Positions 18,724-28,768 of a DNA stretch of 64,000 nucleotides are shown here, piece by piece. Position numbers and translations under genes: made by a program. Origin of the DNA: Dehalococcoidales bacterium (lineage in GTDB: Bacteria; Chloroflexota; Dehalococcoidia; Dehalococcoidales; Fen-1064); assembly GCA_016783135.1 (NCBI GenBank), contig JADHXC010000003.1, positions 11,605 through 75,604 of the forward strand, written 5' to 3'. A model generated the notes under the pieces. That model saw nothing but the letters and a program-made list of their open reading frames with translations. It made no database searches and was not told the origin of the DNA. Position 1 is the first letter of the stretch; the number at the start of each line of letters is the position of its first letter.

Positions 18724-21069
18724 CTAGCCCGGTCGGGTCCTGAGGCGGGGCATGCGCCTCACCAGGGAGGGGGCCAGCTCTACCCAGGTCTTCTGCAGTC
18801 TGCCTTTTTGCAGTCGACTTAGCTCCTTCCGGGAACTGAACTGGGTCTCGATGTAAGCCTGGGCGATTGCGCCGATTGCTTCGGCCTGAAGCGGCAGGGC
18901 CAGTGCCAACCGAGTACAGTACTCCAGGGGTGTTTCTTGCATTACCGGACCCATTTTGCCCAGTGCGGCCAGCCGACTCATCTTCCGGTAGGCATCCTCG
19001 GGGTTGTTGATACGCTTGAGACGCTGGAGCCAGAATGCATAGCCTCCCCTGACGGCAAAGAATATCACCACCGGAAAACCGATGATGAAGAAGTAGACGT
19101 ATAGCTGCGGCCCGGGCAGCGTTATACGGTTGGTACTTCTCCTCACTAAATCCTCCCCCGTCGGGCCGAATATCTCCTCTTGCGCCAGCATCATGGTGGG
19201 GTCTATCATCTCCATGAAATCCGCTTCATCCCCGACTCCGACTATGGCATCCGTACTCCCCCCGATGGGTGTGGCCGAGAACTCCACCCACCCGAGAGTG
19301 GGGAAGTAGACCTCGGTACGGGCGTGATAATGACGGACACGCAGGAGGTAGCTTCCCGTTTCCGCGTCATAATCGCCCTCAAGATACCCGGTGTTCAGCC
19401 GGGTCGGGACATCTACGCTACGCAGCATGACCGCCATCGCCGAGGCAAAAGAGGTGCACACCCCCTCCTTTGATTCAAAGAGGAAGTAGTCCACAGCATC
19501 GGCGTCTTCAGGAGGAACTTCCGCCTCTATATCATATTCCAGGCTGTTGATATATGTCTTGACCGCCACTACTTTATCGTACTGCGATTCCGCTTCCCGG
19601 GTTATATCTTCAGTAAGCTCCCTGACACGCGCCGGAAGACTGGCGGGAAGCTGCAGGTAGCGTTCCGTGACCTCTTCCGGATAATCCTCTCCGGCCAGGG
19701 ACAATTCGTCCGGTGTGTACGAAGCCACTCTGGTAACTACCGTATATTGCTGGTAGGGCTTCATCAATCGCGGCGTAACGACGGCGATAACGTCGCCAGG
19801 TTCGTGCAGACCTTCTTCGACGGCTTCGGCCGACCCATCAATGGTATCAGCAGGCAACGCTTCACCGGTTTCTTCTTCAGAGAACGTCTGTAGAATTACC
19901 GGCATGGCGGATGATTGGAAATCGCCCACGGTGAGTACGACATCAGTCTTCAGTTGATTCTCAACCGTATAGGTCGACTCCTCACCGATACTGAAGGGCC
20001 TGGCCTCAACTGCGTTCTCGTTGGCAGCGATTTCCCGGTCACCTATCTCGCTGCTCGTCCATCCCCACGGGTGATAGACATCATACCGCCTGGTACGCCA
20101 GTATGCCGGCTGGTCGGCCTTAACTATGAAATGCACCCGACCGCTTGTGCTCAGCGGGTCCTTAAAGGACAGTGTCTGTTGCTCGCTGCTATCAATCAGG
20201 CTCCACTTGGCGCTCACACCGGCAAAGATGTTAAACCACTGCCCCCGGGCACCCTCCTCGGTCAGGTAGCCGCCGACCGAACCCAGACCTATCCGGTCTA
20301 TCGGGGGCTGGGGCACGAACCAGGCCATAGCCACGGTCAACATGCTGATGCAGACTACTACCCCCACCAGGTAGACCACTCCCCGGTACGGGAAGCTGCT
20401 GGTCCGCTGGCCGAACCATACGCCCTGCCTGGCCAGGTTCACCTGCCCGATAAGCAGCATCGCCACCAGCATGTAGACAGGCAGAAAGGCGTAGTCCTCC
20501 CGTGGAAGGTTGCTGAGGTTAACCATGACAGCGAGTGTACCGAGACTGACGGCCACCCACACGTTCTGCCGGCGCAGGATATACCAGGTGGAGATAAATC
20601 CAATAACCCAGATGACCAGGCTGAGGAACATGGCAAAGTAGGTCGTCCCCTCACTGGGCCTTACCCCGCTGACCGCCACCCACCAGGCGCGAAACGCCGA
20701 TTCCGTCTCCGAAAAAGGCATCAGACCAACCGTCTGCCAAACAGTCACCCCCAGCCCGAGAACGACCATGAGGGGGTACGCAATCCTGGCGGACAGCCGG
20801 CTCCTGGCCAGCAGAAGACCGGCCAGCACGGCGAGGAGAAGGGTCGTTATCAGAGAGGGCTGTGGGCTTATCCAGTGGGCCTGCTCAATCGACCACGTAG
20901 CAACTGCCAGGGTAAGAAAAACCAGCAGGACACTGCCCCATTCCTGCGGACTGCCGACTCCGGCACGGATTACCGACCACAGCAGTACGGGCAGTCTGCG
21001 TCCGATTACCGTGCGAGACAGATATCCCCGTATCCCGCCACCACGTCCGGCAGATGACTTTTCCTCCAT
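18724..21069 (-). CDS. Membrane transglutaminase-like protein (TgpA-like)
   Basis: Multiple TM helices, YWR..YD, GVCTSFASAMAVMLR, HARTEVYFP.LGWV. Confidence 0.88.
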   Translation of the reverse strand: MEEKSSAGRGGGIRGYLSRTVIGRRLPVLLWSVIRAGVGSPQEWGSVLLVFLTLAVATWSIEQAHWISPQPSLITTLLLAVLAGLLLARSRLSARIAYPLMVVLGLGVTVWQTVGLMPFSETESAFRAWWVAVSGVRPSEGTTYFAMFLSLVIWVIGFISTWYILRRQNVWVAVSLGTLAVMVNLSNLPREDYAFLPVYMLVAMLLIGQVNLARQGVWFGQRTSSFPYRGVVYLVGVVVCISMLTVAMAWFVPQPPIDRIGLGSVGGYLTEEGARGQWFNIFAGVSAKWSLIDSSEQQTLSFKDPLSTSGRVHFIVKADQPAYWRTRRYDVYHPWGWTSSEIGDREIAANENAVEARPFSIGEESTYTVENQLKTDVVLTVGDFQSSAMPVILQTFSEEETGEALPADTIDGSAEAVEEGLHEPGDVIAVVTPRLMKPYQQYTVVTRVASYTPDELSLAGEDYPEEVTERYLQLPASLPARVRELTEDITREAESQYDKVVAVKTYINSLEYDIEAEVPPEDADAVDYFLFESKEGVCTSFASAMAVMLRSVDVPTRLNTGYLEGDYDAETGSYLLRVRHYHARTEVYFPTLGWVEFSATPIGGSTDAIVGVGDEADFMEMIDPTMMLAQEEIFGPTGEDLVRRSTNRITLPGPQLYVYFFIIGFPVVIFFAVRGGYAFWLQRLKRINNPEDAYRKMSRLAALGKMGPVMQETPLEYCTRLALALPLQAEAIGAIAQAYIETQFSSRKELSRLQKGRLQKTWVELAPSLVRRMPRLRTRPG

Positions 21070-21087
21070 ACCTCTCCCCCCAGACCC

Positions 21088-22314
21088 TTACATGAATCTC
21101 GCATGCAGTAACGAAGCCCGGTTATCCAGTGCCCGGGCAAGCTCGTCTCCCTGCCTGACGATATAGACCTGGACACCGGTTGAACTAAGGTTACGCGCCG
21201 CATTGGCCATACTGGTCTCCCCACCAAAGCTGGCGGGGTCAAGCAGCACCAACACAATGGAGTCCACACGGTTTCTCAGTTGCCGGACAGCGTCCGCCAG
21301 ACTCCCCGTAATCGCCGGCGTGACAATAATAACAGTAGAATTACCCCTGAGATACTCCATGTGGTCGGAGATGACCTGGCCCACGGATACCTCGCCGGTA
21401 GCCCTCATCAGAGCAAGGGCTTCCAGCATGCGCCATAGATGGTCATCGCCCCTCTCCGGCGGAATCAGATACGTCTGCTCGCCTGAAGCCGCCAAACCGA
21501 CTCTCATCCCGCTCTGCAGGTGCTTTCTGGCCAGTGATGCCGCGATGGTCACACCGTACTCCTCGGTGGTCTCCTCGCCGTGACCGAAGTGTGAAGTCTC
21601 CTGCATATCCAGGATAATCCACACCGTCTTCGAGCTGTCATAAGAGCGGTCGGCATCAAACACCTTGACCAGGAGCTTACCGGTGTGAGCTGTACCCGGC
21701 CAGTGGATGTGGTTGAGGCTGTCACCACTGCTGAATTCACGTACACTGGATGCGTTCGGGCTTATCTGGCTAATGGCCTGGTAACCGGAACCGTAGCCGA
21801 ATTCATTGAAGGAAGACGCCTTGAACAGGGGCAGGTCAAACGTCGCCGGGTAGATGAGGATACTGTGCGGTTCTCCCACGGTGCGCTGCCGCGAGAAAAG
21901 GCCGAAGGGGTCTGCTGCCGTCACGGTGACGGCACCCAGGTAGTACCTTCCCCGACGATGGCAGGTAAATGTGGACTGCCATTCATGGGAACTCCACCGT
22001 GGCAGGTTGAGGATAGCGGGCTCACGGCGCCCGGGCAGGTCGGTGCTCTCCTCCACCCTGAGCCAGAGCTTGGGTATCCGGCTATCATTGGTTACCGTAA
22101 TCCGCTGCTGGAACTTTTCCCCCACCTGGCTGTGCTCCGGCGGAGACTCGGCCTCGGCGCTGATACCATGTATGCCCAGTACCGACCAGATGTAGCCCAC
22201 CACCGGCACCAGCACAGAAAGGAAGAAGAGGCGCAGGAACAACGTGGAGCCTCCCACCAGTGCCAGTGCAAGGAGGACTACAGGGACTATGTAGACAACC
22301 GTTCGTACCTTCAT
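21088..22314 (-). CDS. DUF58 family protein
   Basis: RRGRY, DPFGLF and VREFSSGDSLNHIHW motifs; sits in a MoxR operon. Confidence 0.9.
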   Translation of the reverse strand: MKVRTVVYIVPVVLLALALVGGSTLFLRLFFLSVLVPVVGYIWSVLGIHGISAEAESPPEHSQVGEKFQQRITVTNDSRIPKLWLRVEESTDLPGRREPAILNLPRWSSHEWQSTFTCHRRGRYYLGAVTVTAADPFGLFSRQRTVGEPHSILIYPATFDLPLFKASSFNEFGYGSGYQAISQISPNASSVREFSSGDSLNHIHWPGTAHTGKLLVKVFDADRSYDSSKTVWIILDMQETSHFGHGEETTEEYGVTIAASLARKHLQSGMRVGLAASGEQTYLIPPERGDDHLWRMLEALALMRATGEVSVGQVISDHMEYLRGNSTVIIVTPAITGSLADAVRQLRNRVDSIVLVLLDPASFGGETSMANAARNLSSTGVQVYIVRQGDELARALDNRASLLHARFM

Positions 22315-22369
22315 CTCGTCACTGCGAAGAGATTACCCTGAAGTAGAAGCCTGCGGCGCATTCCCGACA

Positions 22370-23332
22370 TTACGGTCTGAGCACCGTGCCGGGTACGGGA
22401 ATGGTATCCAGTATTTCAGTAATACTGGCCCTGCCGCTCTTGTCCTGGGAGACATCGGTCAGCCGTATTATCAACCGGTGGGCCAGAACAGACTCTGCCA
22501 GTGCTTTGACATCGTCGGGCAGAACGTAGTCCCGCCCATGTACCAGGGCACGAGCCTGGGCAGTGCGGAACAGGGCAAGCGACCCTCGCGGTGAAGCCCC
22601 GAGGTATATCGTGGGGTGGTCACGCGTGGCCGCCACAAGAGATGTGATGTACTTCTTAAGCGTGTCGTCCACATAGATATCTTTCACCGCAGTCTGGAGA
22701 TCCAGAAGGTCGGCACCGGTGGCCACCGGGGTTATCTTCTCGATGGGATGAGCATACTGCTGCTTCTCCACAATGGCAATCTCGTCATCCTGTGACGGGT
22801 ACCCGAGGCTTATCCGCAACAAGAACCGGTCCAGCTGTGTCTCCGGGAGAGGGAACGTGCCCTCGTACTCAATGGGGTTCTGTGTCGCCAGGACATGGAA
22901 GGGAGATGGCATATTGTGGGTGACACCATCGACCGTAATCTGCCCCTCGTCCATGCATTCCAGCAGGGCCGACTGCACCTTGGGAGTTGCCCGGTTAATC
23001 TCGTCGGCAAGCACCATCTGCGCCATTACCGGCCCGGCACGGAACTCGAAGTCCCCCGTTTTCTGGCTGTACACGGTAATCCCGGTGATATCCCCGGGAA
23101 GCATATCCGGGGTGAACTGAATGCGTTTGAATGAACAGTCCAGAGACCTCGCCAGGCTGCGGGCCAGCATTGTCTTACCAACACCCGGTGCGTCCTCAAT
23201 GAGCAGGTGTCCATTACTGATGAGGGCAATCACGGCAAGCTCCACCGCATCCTCTTTACCGATGATGACCTGCTGCACGTTGTTCAGTATCGCCCTGGCG
23301 GTACTCTGCGCTTTGCTTATCGCTTCTACCAT
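22370..23332 (-). CDS. moxR: MoxR-family AAA+ ATPase
   Basis: EDAPGVGKT, RIQFTPD, DEINRA and ATQNPIE motifs. Confidence 0.95.
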   Translation of the reverse strand: MVEAISKAQSTARAILNNVQQVIIGKEDAVELAVIALISNGHLLIEDAPGVGKTMLARSLARSLDCSFKRIQFTPDMLPGDITGITVYSQKTGDFEFRAGPVMAQMVLADEINRATPKVQSALLECMDEGQITVDGVTHNMPSPFHVLATQNPIEYEGTFPLPETQLDRFLLRISLGYPSQDDEIAIVEKQQYAHPIEKITPVATGADLLDLQTAVKDIYVDDTLKKYITSLVAATRDHPTIYLGASPRGSLALFRTAQARALVHGRDYVLPDDVKALAESVLAHRLIIRLTDVSQDKSGRASITEILDTIPVPGTVLRP

Positions 23333-23515
23333 CTCCTCCCTCACATCCGGAATAATCCCTCGCATAGAAACGTGCCTCACTTTCGTCAGGCACCTACTTA
23401 TATTGTAGCATAAAGCGGATTACAAGGAGACACACCTGGCGTCGTTGCACGCTAATATTCCCCGAATGACTGCGGGCGGGTGAGCAACTGAAGACACCTG
23501 CCCTGGTAAAACAAG

Positions 23516-23552
23516 AAAACCCGCACTCCATGGTTCTGGAGTGCGGGTATTT
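23516..23552 (-). terminator. Intrinsic terminator
   Basis: Stem ACCCGCACTCCA/TGGAGTGCGGGT, followed by TTTTCTTGTTTT on the minus strand. Confidence 0.75.
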
Positions 23553-23622
23553 CATCGGTACAGTGAGCAGGCGAGTGCCTTGCCCACGATATGGTCTCTA
23601 AGTGCCAGCCAGGCGTGCCACG

Positions 23623-23805
23623 TTACCGGTCAGGGTTGGACCGTTCTGTTCCGGCGGTAATCGGTTGCTTCTTAGGCTCAGCGACAGCATCTACCTCACG
23701 CCGGTGAGAACACTGGAGGCACTGCGCGTACCAGACATCGAACTCCCGGTCAATAAACACATCGCCCCCACACCGGGGACAGCCCTTGAGCTTCCACACT
23801 ACCAT
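23623..23805 (-). CDS. Small zinc-finger protein (60 aa)
   Basis: CPRCGG...CLQC; G-rich SD upstream. Confidence 0.7.
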   Translation of the reverse strand: MVVWKLKGCPRCGGDVFIDREFDVWYAQCLQCSHRREVDAVAEPKKQPITAGTERSNPDR

Positions 23806-23844
23806 GTCCTTACCCCCCTTGAGATACTCGACCGCGCCTCGCTG

Positions 23845-24228
23845 CTAGAGGGCGGTCACTCCCGGATTCTGCCGCTGGTGCCTTACCCTCCGATACCGAT
23901 ACCCCAGCAGCAGGTTCTTCAGCGAGTCTGTTATTACAGTCCCCGAACCAGGGCCATCCCCGGTCAGGGCTTCCTTCGGGGTTGCGTAGTAATCACTGAG
24001 GCCGACCCGGAATCTGACCAGGGTGCCGTCTGCAGTAAGTCTTTCCAGGACGGCCGATGTCCGCTCGGTACGGTTGTCTCCCAGTCTGGCGGCAATCTCC
24101 CAGATGGTCACCGGCTTCCGCTCACAGAGCATCACCGTTGTCGTCCGGTCCGCGGGGTTCTCACGGAGACACTCAATCCCGTCCTCAGCATGGACACCTG
24201 CAATTCCCATCGCTTTCACCCTCGCCAT
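23845..24228 (-). CDS. Hypothetical protein, possible winged HTH
   Basis: PVTIWEIAARLG...LERLTADGTL; lies directly downstream of a regulon-type promoter; start may be 24210. Confidence 0.5.
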   Translation of the reverse strand: MARVKAMGIAGVHAEDGIECLRENPADRTTTVMLCERKPVTIWEIAARLGDNRTERTSAVLERLTADGTLVRFRVGLSDYYATPKEALTGDGPGSGTVITDSLKNLLLGYRYRRVRHQRQNPGVTAL

Positions 24229-24257
24229 GCATCATACTGTGATGATTTTGCACCACC

Positions 24258-24323
24258 ACTATCTCATACGCCCAACTAGCCCGTAAGGTCTCAAAAGACG
24301 ATAAACCTGGACCAAATGGATAA
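24258..24323 (-). promoter_or_regulatory. Regulon promoter copy 1
   Basis: TGAGACCTTA-N17-TGAGATAGT on the minus strand. Confidence 0.65.
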
Positions 24324-25038
24324 AATTCTTTCACGTGAAGGGGGTCGCAGGGATACAACCGGCGGCTGCATCCCTGACCCATATTACGGTCGCTTCACAC
24401 CGGTTTCCCTGCTGTGATACCAGAGTGGACAGCGTCTTTCCCCTATCTATTCACCGCCTGATATAGAAACAGGGCACCCAGCTTTGAGAAAAGCAGACCA
24501 ATGGGGTCATCAGAATGAACCAATCGTGTCTTACAGTAGTACCTTACAGGCACCAGAATAGAACGGTAACGATACGAGGAGAGTGATTGTCGCAGGAATC
24601 AGGAGTGTCACGCCGGTACGATAACTCGGTACGAATACGCTCCGAAATAGACAAACGTTGATAGCCAGGGCAATCACCATGATGACAGGAACGGACACGG
24701 AAAGTTATGAAGGGCAGCCAACGGGCTGTCCGAAAGGTATCACCGACGGCTACTCTGGCCATTCGTGCCGATTTACGAGTCAGGTACTGTCTTCCAGCGG
24801 CGGACAACCTGGAAGGATATCCACACTATATGTAAGGAGCGGGATGACTCGGCGTTAGGCCCTTCTGCCCGCCACCTGCGGAGGTAGAGTGCATCTTAGA
24901 GACGAAACAGACTTTAGATAGAGATCAGAAACAAGACATAGAGGTAGCCGGGCTTCTGCCCGGATATAGAGAGTAGAACTCTATAACTTCGGTATCATTC
25001 TCGGGCGCCGCTGGAAAAGAGACGGGAGGAAAAGAATA

Positions 25039-25332
25039 ATGGGTATACCTGTTGCATACTCGGTGAACTGCGGCTTCGGCTGGTTCATTGTCTTACTGGC
25101 TATAGCCGGGTACTTCCTGACATGGAGAAGGATGAGAGAAAGGTGGAGCTTCTGGATTATACTGGCGGTAGGCTGGGCATTCTTTGCCACGGCGCAAACG
25201 CTGATAGCCGCTGGTGTTTCTGCGGGGACCCCCTATCTTGCTGCCATCTGGCTGTCTTCCTTCGTGCTGGTCATTGCCTCCCTGGTGATGCTATTTGCTA
25301 AGCTCACCGGTCGTGTGAAGGAAAAGGAATAG
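25039..25332 (+). CDS. Small three-TM membrane protein
   Basis: SD GGAGG and three hydrophobic segments. Confidence 0.65.
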   Translation: MGIPVAYSVNCGFGWFIVLLAIAGYFLTWRRMRERWSFWIILAVGWAFFATAQTLIAAGVSAGTPYLAAIWLSSFVLVIASLVMLFAKLTGRVKEKE

Positions 25333-25578
25333 CACGGCACCACGGAGACCTGCTGGTGGCCGGTTATGGCCACCAGTCAGAGCAACCGGTGATTCCGGAA
25401 CCCCTCATAGTACCGGGGCATCCGGGGCAGTGGAACTTGGATTATACCAACGAAAGATAGACGGTAACCATTAGAAGAAAGCGCGGGAGGAAACAGCAGT
25501 ATGACCGCCAGGAAACCGTCCAGTCGTGTTGCGATGAAACCGGGTACTGTGTTCCTCCAACCCTGGGTCGGGTAGAAC

Positions 25579-28272
25579 ATGCAATTTGCTGAGAAGGTCC
25601 AACGCTACAAACGGGTAATACTGATTGTGGCGGCAGCTTTCATGTTTGGCGCCCTCTTCCTGTATGCCTCCATAGAGCGCGTCAGGGACATTCGTACTAC
25701 CGTTGAAGCAGTAGCGGCAGAGGAGACCTCATACCTCATGGAGAACCTGAATGCCCGCCTCCTTTCCATCGTCAGTGACCTGCCGGACGGGCACCATGAA
25801 ATCCTGCCCGATAGCCAGACCGAGCACCTCTCTCTGACCAGACATCTGGTTGAAGCCAATCCGTTCTTACAGATAGTGAATTTCATCGGGCCGGACCATC
25901 GCATCAAGTATATCGTACCGTTTGAGCCAAACAAGACCCTGGTCGGAACAGGGATAGAGGCCGTGGCTCCAAAAGCAGCGCTGGAGATGGCGGCATCTTC
26001 AAAGGAACCGTACCTCTCAGAGCCGTTTGAGGTCACTCCGGGGGAACATGGCTACTCCCTGACGATACCGGTAAGGAATGACGGTTTCTTCATGGTTGTC
26101 TTTACCGCTGAAAGCGTGTTCGGCAGCGATAGTCCATTCCGTCCCGGGGGAGACGTTCTCATTCGGGTCTCGGATAGTACGATCCCGGTCTTCACTCCCG
26201 AAGGATACCAGGACCAGCTAGCCCGGACAAGGACACACCAGGTGAATACGGAAGGAGCCCTACTCAATAGAACGGTACTACTGAATGTATTACCCACTGA
26301 TGCATTACTCAGCACCAGCTCACGATTCTGGCAGGTCCTCGGCATTTCAAGCCTTGCCATCTCTTTTGTATTGCTGCTGGCCACAATCTTCGCGCAGATG
26401 CTGGAAAGCAACCGGCGGAAGCGCACCGAAGAGGAACTGAAGCTGGAAGCACGGCTGCTGGATTCGGCCACCGATTCGGTCTTCCTGTGCGACCTTGAAG
26501 GAAACCTGACCTACGCTAACGAAATGGCCTGCCGTTCCTATGGCTATAGCAGGGATGAGTTCCTGGAGATGAACTTCAGAGACCTTGATATGCCCGAAAA
26601 TATTGAGGTCATTGAATCCGCAAGGCGGGCCCTGCAGGCAAGTGACGAAGTTACGATGGAGTCTATCGGCCGCCGCAAAGACGGTGGGACATTCCCTGTT
26701 GAGGTACACGCCCGCACAATCGAGTACGCCGGCCAGAGACTCGTCCTCAGCGTCGCCCGCGACATCACCGAACGCAATCTGGCCAGGGAAGCACTCAAGG
26801 AGAGCGAGGAGAGGTACCGGGCTATCTTTGACAACTCACGTGATGGCATTGTGCTGGTTGATAGGAATAGCGGCAGCATCGTTGAGTGCAACCGTGCGTT
26901 TGAGGTGCAGACCGGAAGGACTCTCGATCAGTTGAGGCTGATGAAGATCTGGGACGTGCGTCCTGAGGACAGGATTGAGGCAGCCAGGCAGAAGTTCCAG
27001 GACATAAATGAGGAAGGGACGGGTGGCTCGGCAGAACTCGATTTCCAAAAGCCAGATGGCCAGACGGTACCCGTTGAGTTCGCGTCTCGAAGCGTGGAGA
27101 TAGGCGGAAGGCAGTACCTGCAGAGCATGGTCAGGGACATCACGGAAGCTCGTCAGATGGCAGGGACGGTCAAACTCGCTTACGCTGAACTGGAAAGGAT
27201 ATTCAATGCCGCCGCCGACGGCATGTGCGTGATAGACAGGGAATTCAACGTGATACGCGTCAATGACGCCTACGCTTCCATTAGTGGTGCAGGTAAGCAG
27301 GGAGTCATAGGCAGGAAGTGCTACGAAAGCAGGGGCAATCAACTGTGCCACACACCCCGGTGCCCGCTGACACGTATCATTGACGGCGAGGATTACATTG
27401 AGGGTGAGGTGGAAAACGAGCGCAGTGACGGCACCAGGCTTAGCTGCATCCTGGCAGCAACACCACTGCACGGGCCAGATGGCGAACTGACCGGCATTAT
27501 CGAGAGCCTGAAGGATACCTCCGAACTGAGAAAAACCCAGGAGCAGCTGCAACACTCACAGCTTCTGGCCTCCCTGGGCGAGATGACTGCCGGCATAGCC
27601 CACGAGGTGAATAACCCCCTCGGCAGCGTCCTGCTCTATTCCGAACTCCTGATGACAGGTGACGTCCCCCCACAGACCAGGGCGGACCTGGAGGTAATAC
27701 ATGATGAGGCCAAGCGAGCCGCCCGGATAATGACCGACCTCCTCACCTACAGCCGCAAGGTTAAGTACCAGGTCCGGCGCCTGGACCTGCACCGGATTCT
27801 GAACAAACTGCTGGATATGCGCCGGTACACGGAACGGGTGCATAACATTGCTGTCTCCACCGACTTTGCGGAAGGTCCGCTATGGGTAAGAGGCGACTCT
27901 TCACAGCTAAAACAGCTCTTCATGAACCTCATGCTTAATGCTGAGGAAGCAGTCAAGGAGTCCGGAAGCGGACACATAAAGGTCACCACGCTCAGGGATA
28001 CCGAGTGGGTCAGAATATCCGTCTCGGATAATGGTACCGGCATACCACCGGAAAACCTCAGGCAGATATTCTACCCGTTCTTCACCACCAGGGATGTCGG
28101 CGAGGGTACCGGACTTGGCCTGAGTACCTGTTATGGTATCGTGACCAATCACAATGGACTGATACGCGCCGAAAACAACGAGGCCGACGGCGCAACTTTC
28201 ATCGTGGAACTGCCACTGGCATCGGGTGGAAAACAGCGTACCCTGGTTCAGGCAGGCCGGGAGACAGATTGA
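25579..28272 (+). CDS. Membrane sensor histidine kinase (extracellular CHASE/Cache-like domain, three PAS domains)
   Basis: Two TM helices flank a sensor domain; three PAS/PAC repeats; AHEVNNPL, PFFTT and GTGLGL motifs. Confidence 0.93.
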   Translation: MQFAEKVQRYKRVILIVAAAFMFGALFLYASIERVRDIRTTVEAVAAEETSYLMENLNARLLSIVSDLPDGHHEILPDSQTEHLSLTRHLVEANPFLQIVNFIGPDHRIKYIVPFEPNKTLVGTGIEAVAPKAALEMAASSKEPYLSEPFEVTPGEHGYSLTIPVRNDGFFMVVFTAESVFGSDSPFRPGGDVLIRVSDSTIPVFTPEGYQDQLARTRTHQVNTEGALLNRTVLLNVLPTDALLSTSSRFWQVLGISSLAISFVLLLATIFAQMLESNRRKRTEEELKLEARLLDSATDSVFLCDLEGNLTYANEMACRSYGYSRDEFLEMNFRDLDMPENIEVIESARRALQASDEVTMESIGRRKDGGTFPVEVHARTIEYAGQRLVLSVARDITERNLAREALKESEERYRAIFDNSRDGIVLVDRNSGSIVECNRAFEVQTGRTLDQLRLMKIWDVRPEDRIEAARQKFQDINEEGTGGSAELDFQKPDGQTVPVEFASRSVEIGGRQYLQSMVRDITEARQMAGTVKLAYAELERIFNAAADGMCVIDREFNVIRVNDAYASISGAGKQGVIGRKCYESRGNQLCHTPRCPLTRIIDGEDYIEGEVENERSDGTRLSCILAATPLHGPDGELTGIIESLKDTSELRKTQEQLQHSQLLASLGEMTAGIAHEVNNPLGSVLLYSELLMTGDVPPQTRADLEVIHDEAKRAARIMTDLLTYSRKVKYQVRRLDLHRILNKLLDMRRYTERVHNIAVSTDFAEGPLWVRGDSSQLKQLFMNLMLNAEEAVKESGSGHIKVTTLRDTEWVRISVSDNGTGIPPENLRQIFYPFFTTRDVGEGTGLGLSTCYGIVTNHNGLIRAENNEADGATFIVELPLASGGKQRTLVQAGRETD

Positions 28273-28304
28273 GCGAAGATACGAGACGAACCCGGGAGGC
28301 AACT

Positions 28305-28688
28305 ATGGTAACAGGCAATGCCGAAATCCTGATAGTCGATGATGAACCACATCTGTGCGATGTCCTGCACCGCATACTGACTAGGGAGGGATATCAGGTC
28401 AGGACAGCTCCGGACGGTGAGACAGCCCTAGAGCTCTGCCGGCAGAAAGCGCCTGACGTGCTTCTGCTGGATGTGATGATGCCCGGAATGGACGGCAGGG
28501 AAGTATGCCGTAGGGTGCGTGAGTCCGAAGTGGCAACCCATATCATCTACTTCACCGCCCGGACGGACAGCGCCGGTCTCCCGAAACTGCGGCAGCTTCG
28601 CCACGAGGCGGATGCCCTTATCGCCAAGCCTTGCACAACAAAAATGATACTATCCAAAGTAAGGAATGTGCTGGAGGGTGCTCTCTAA
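28305..28688 (+). CDS. Single-domain response regulator
   Basis: IVDDE, LLDVMMP, FTA and AKP motifs. Confidence 0.88.
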   Translation: MVTGNAEILIVDDEPHLCDVLHRILTREGYQVRTAPDGETALELCRQKAPDVLLLDVMMPGMDGREVCRRVRESEVATHIIYFTARTDSAGLPKLRQLRHEADALIAKPCTTKMILSKVRNVLEGAL

Positions 28689-28768
28689 TGAAGGGCACCG
28701 ACAGGTAGAAAACGGGCCTGGTCCCCGACGTAGTCCGGGCCACTACCCGAAGACCGAATGAGGTAACT

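Noticed and set aside
19915-21057. Long antisense ORFs (also 13813-14649, 26836-27555, 39209-39967, 60048-61007)
   Set aside because: They are shadow frames opposite well-supported genes in GC-rich DNA, with no motifs of their own.
24855-24890. Additional regulon promoter copy (TTAGGCCCTT-N17-AGGTAGAGT)
   Set aside because: The spacing fits, but both boxes are too degenerate and the upstream part does not match.
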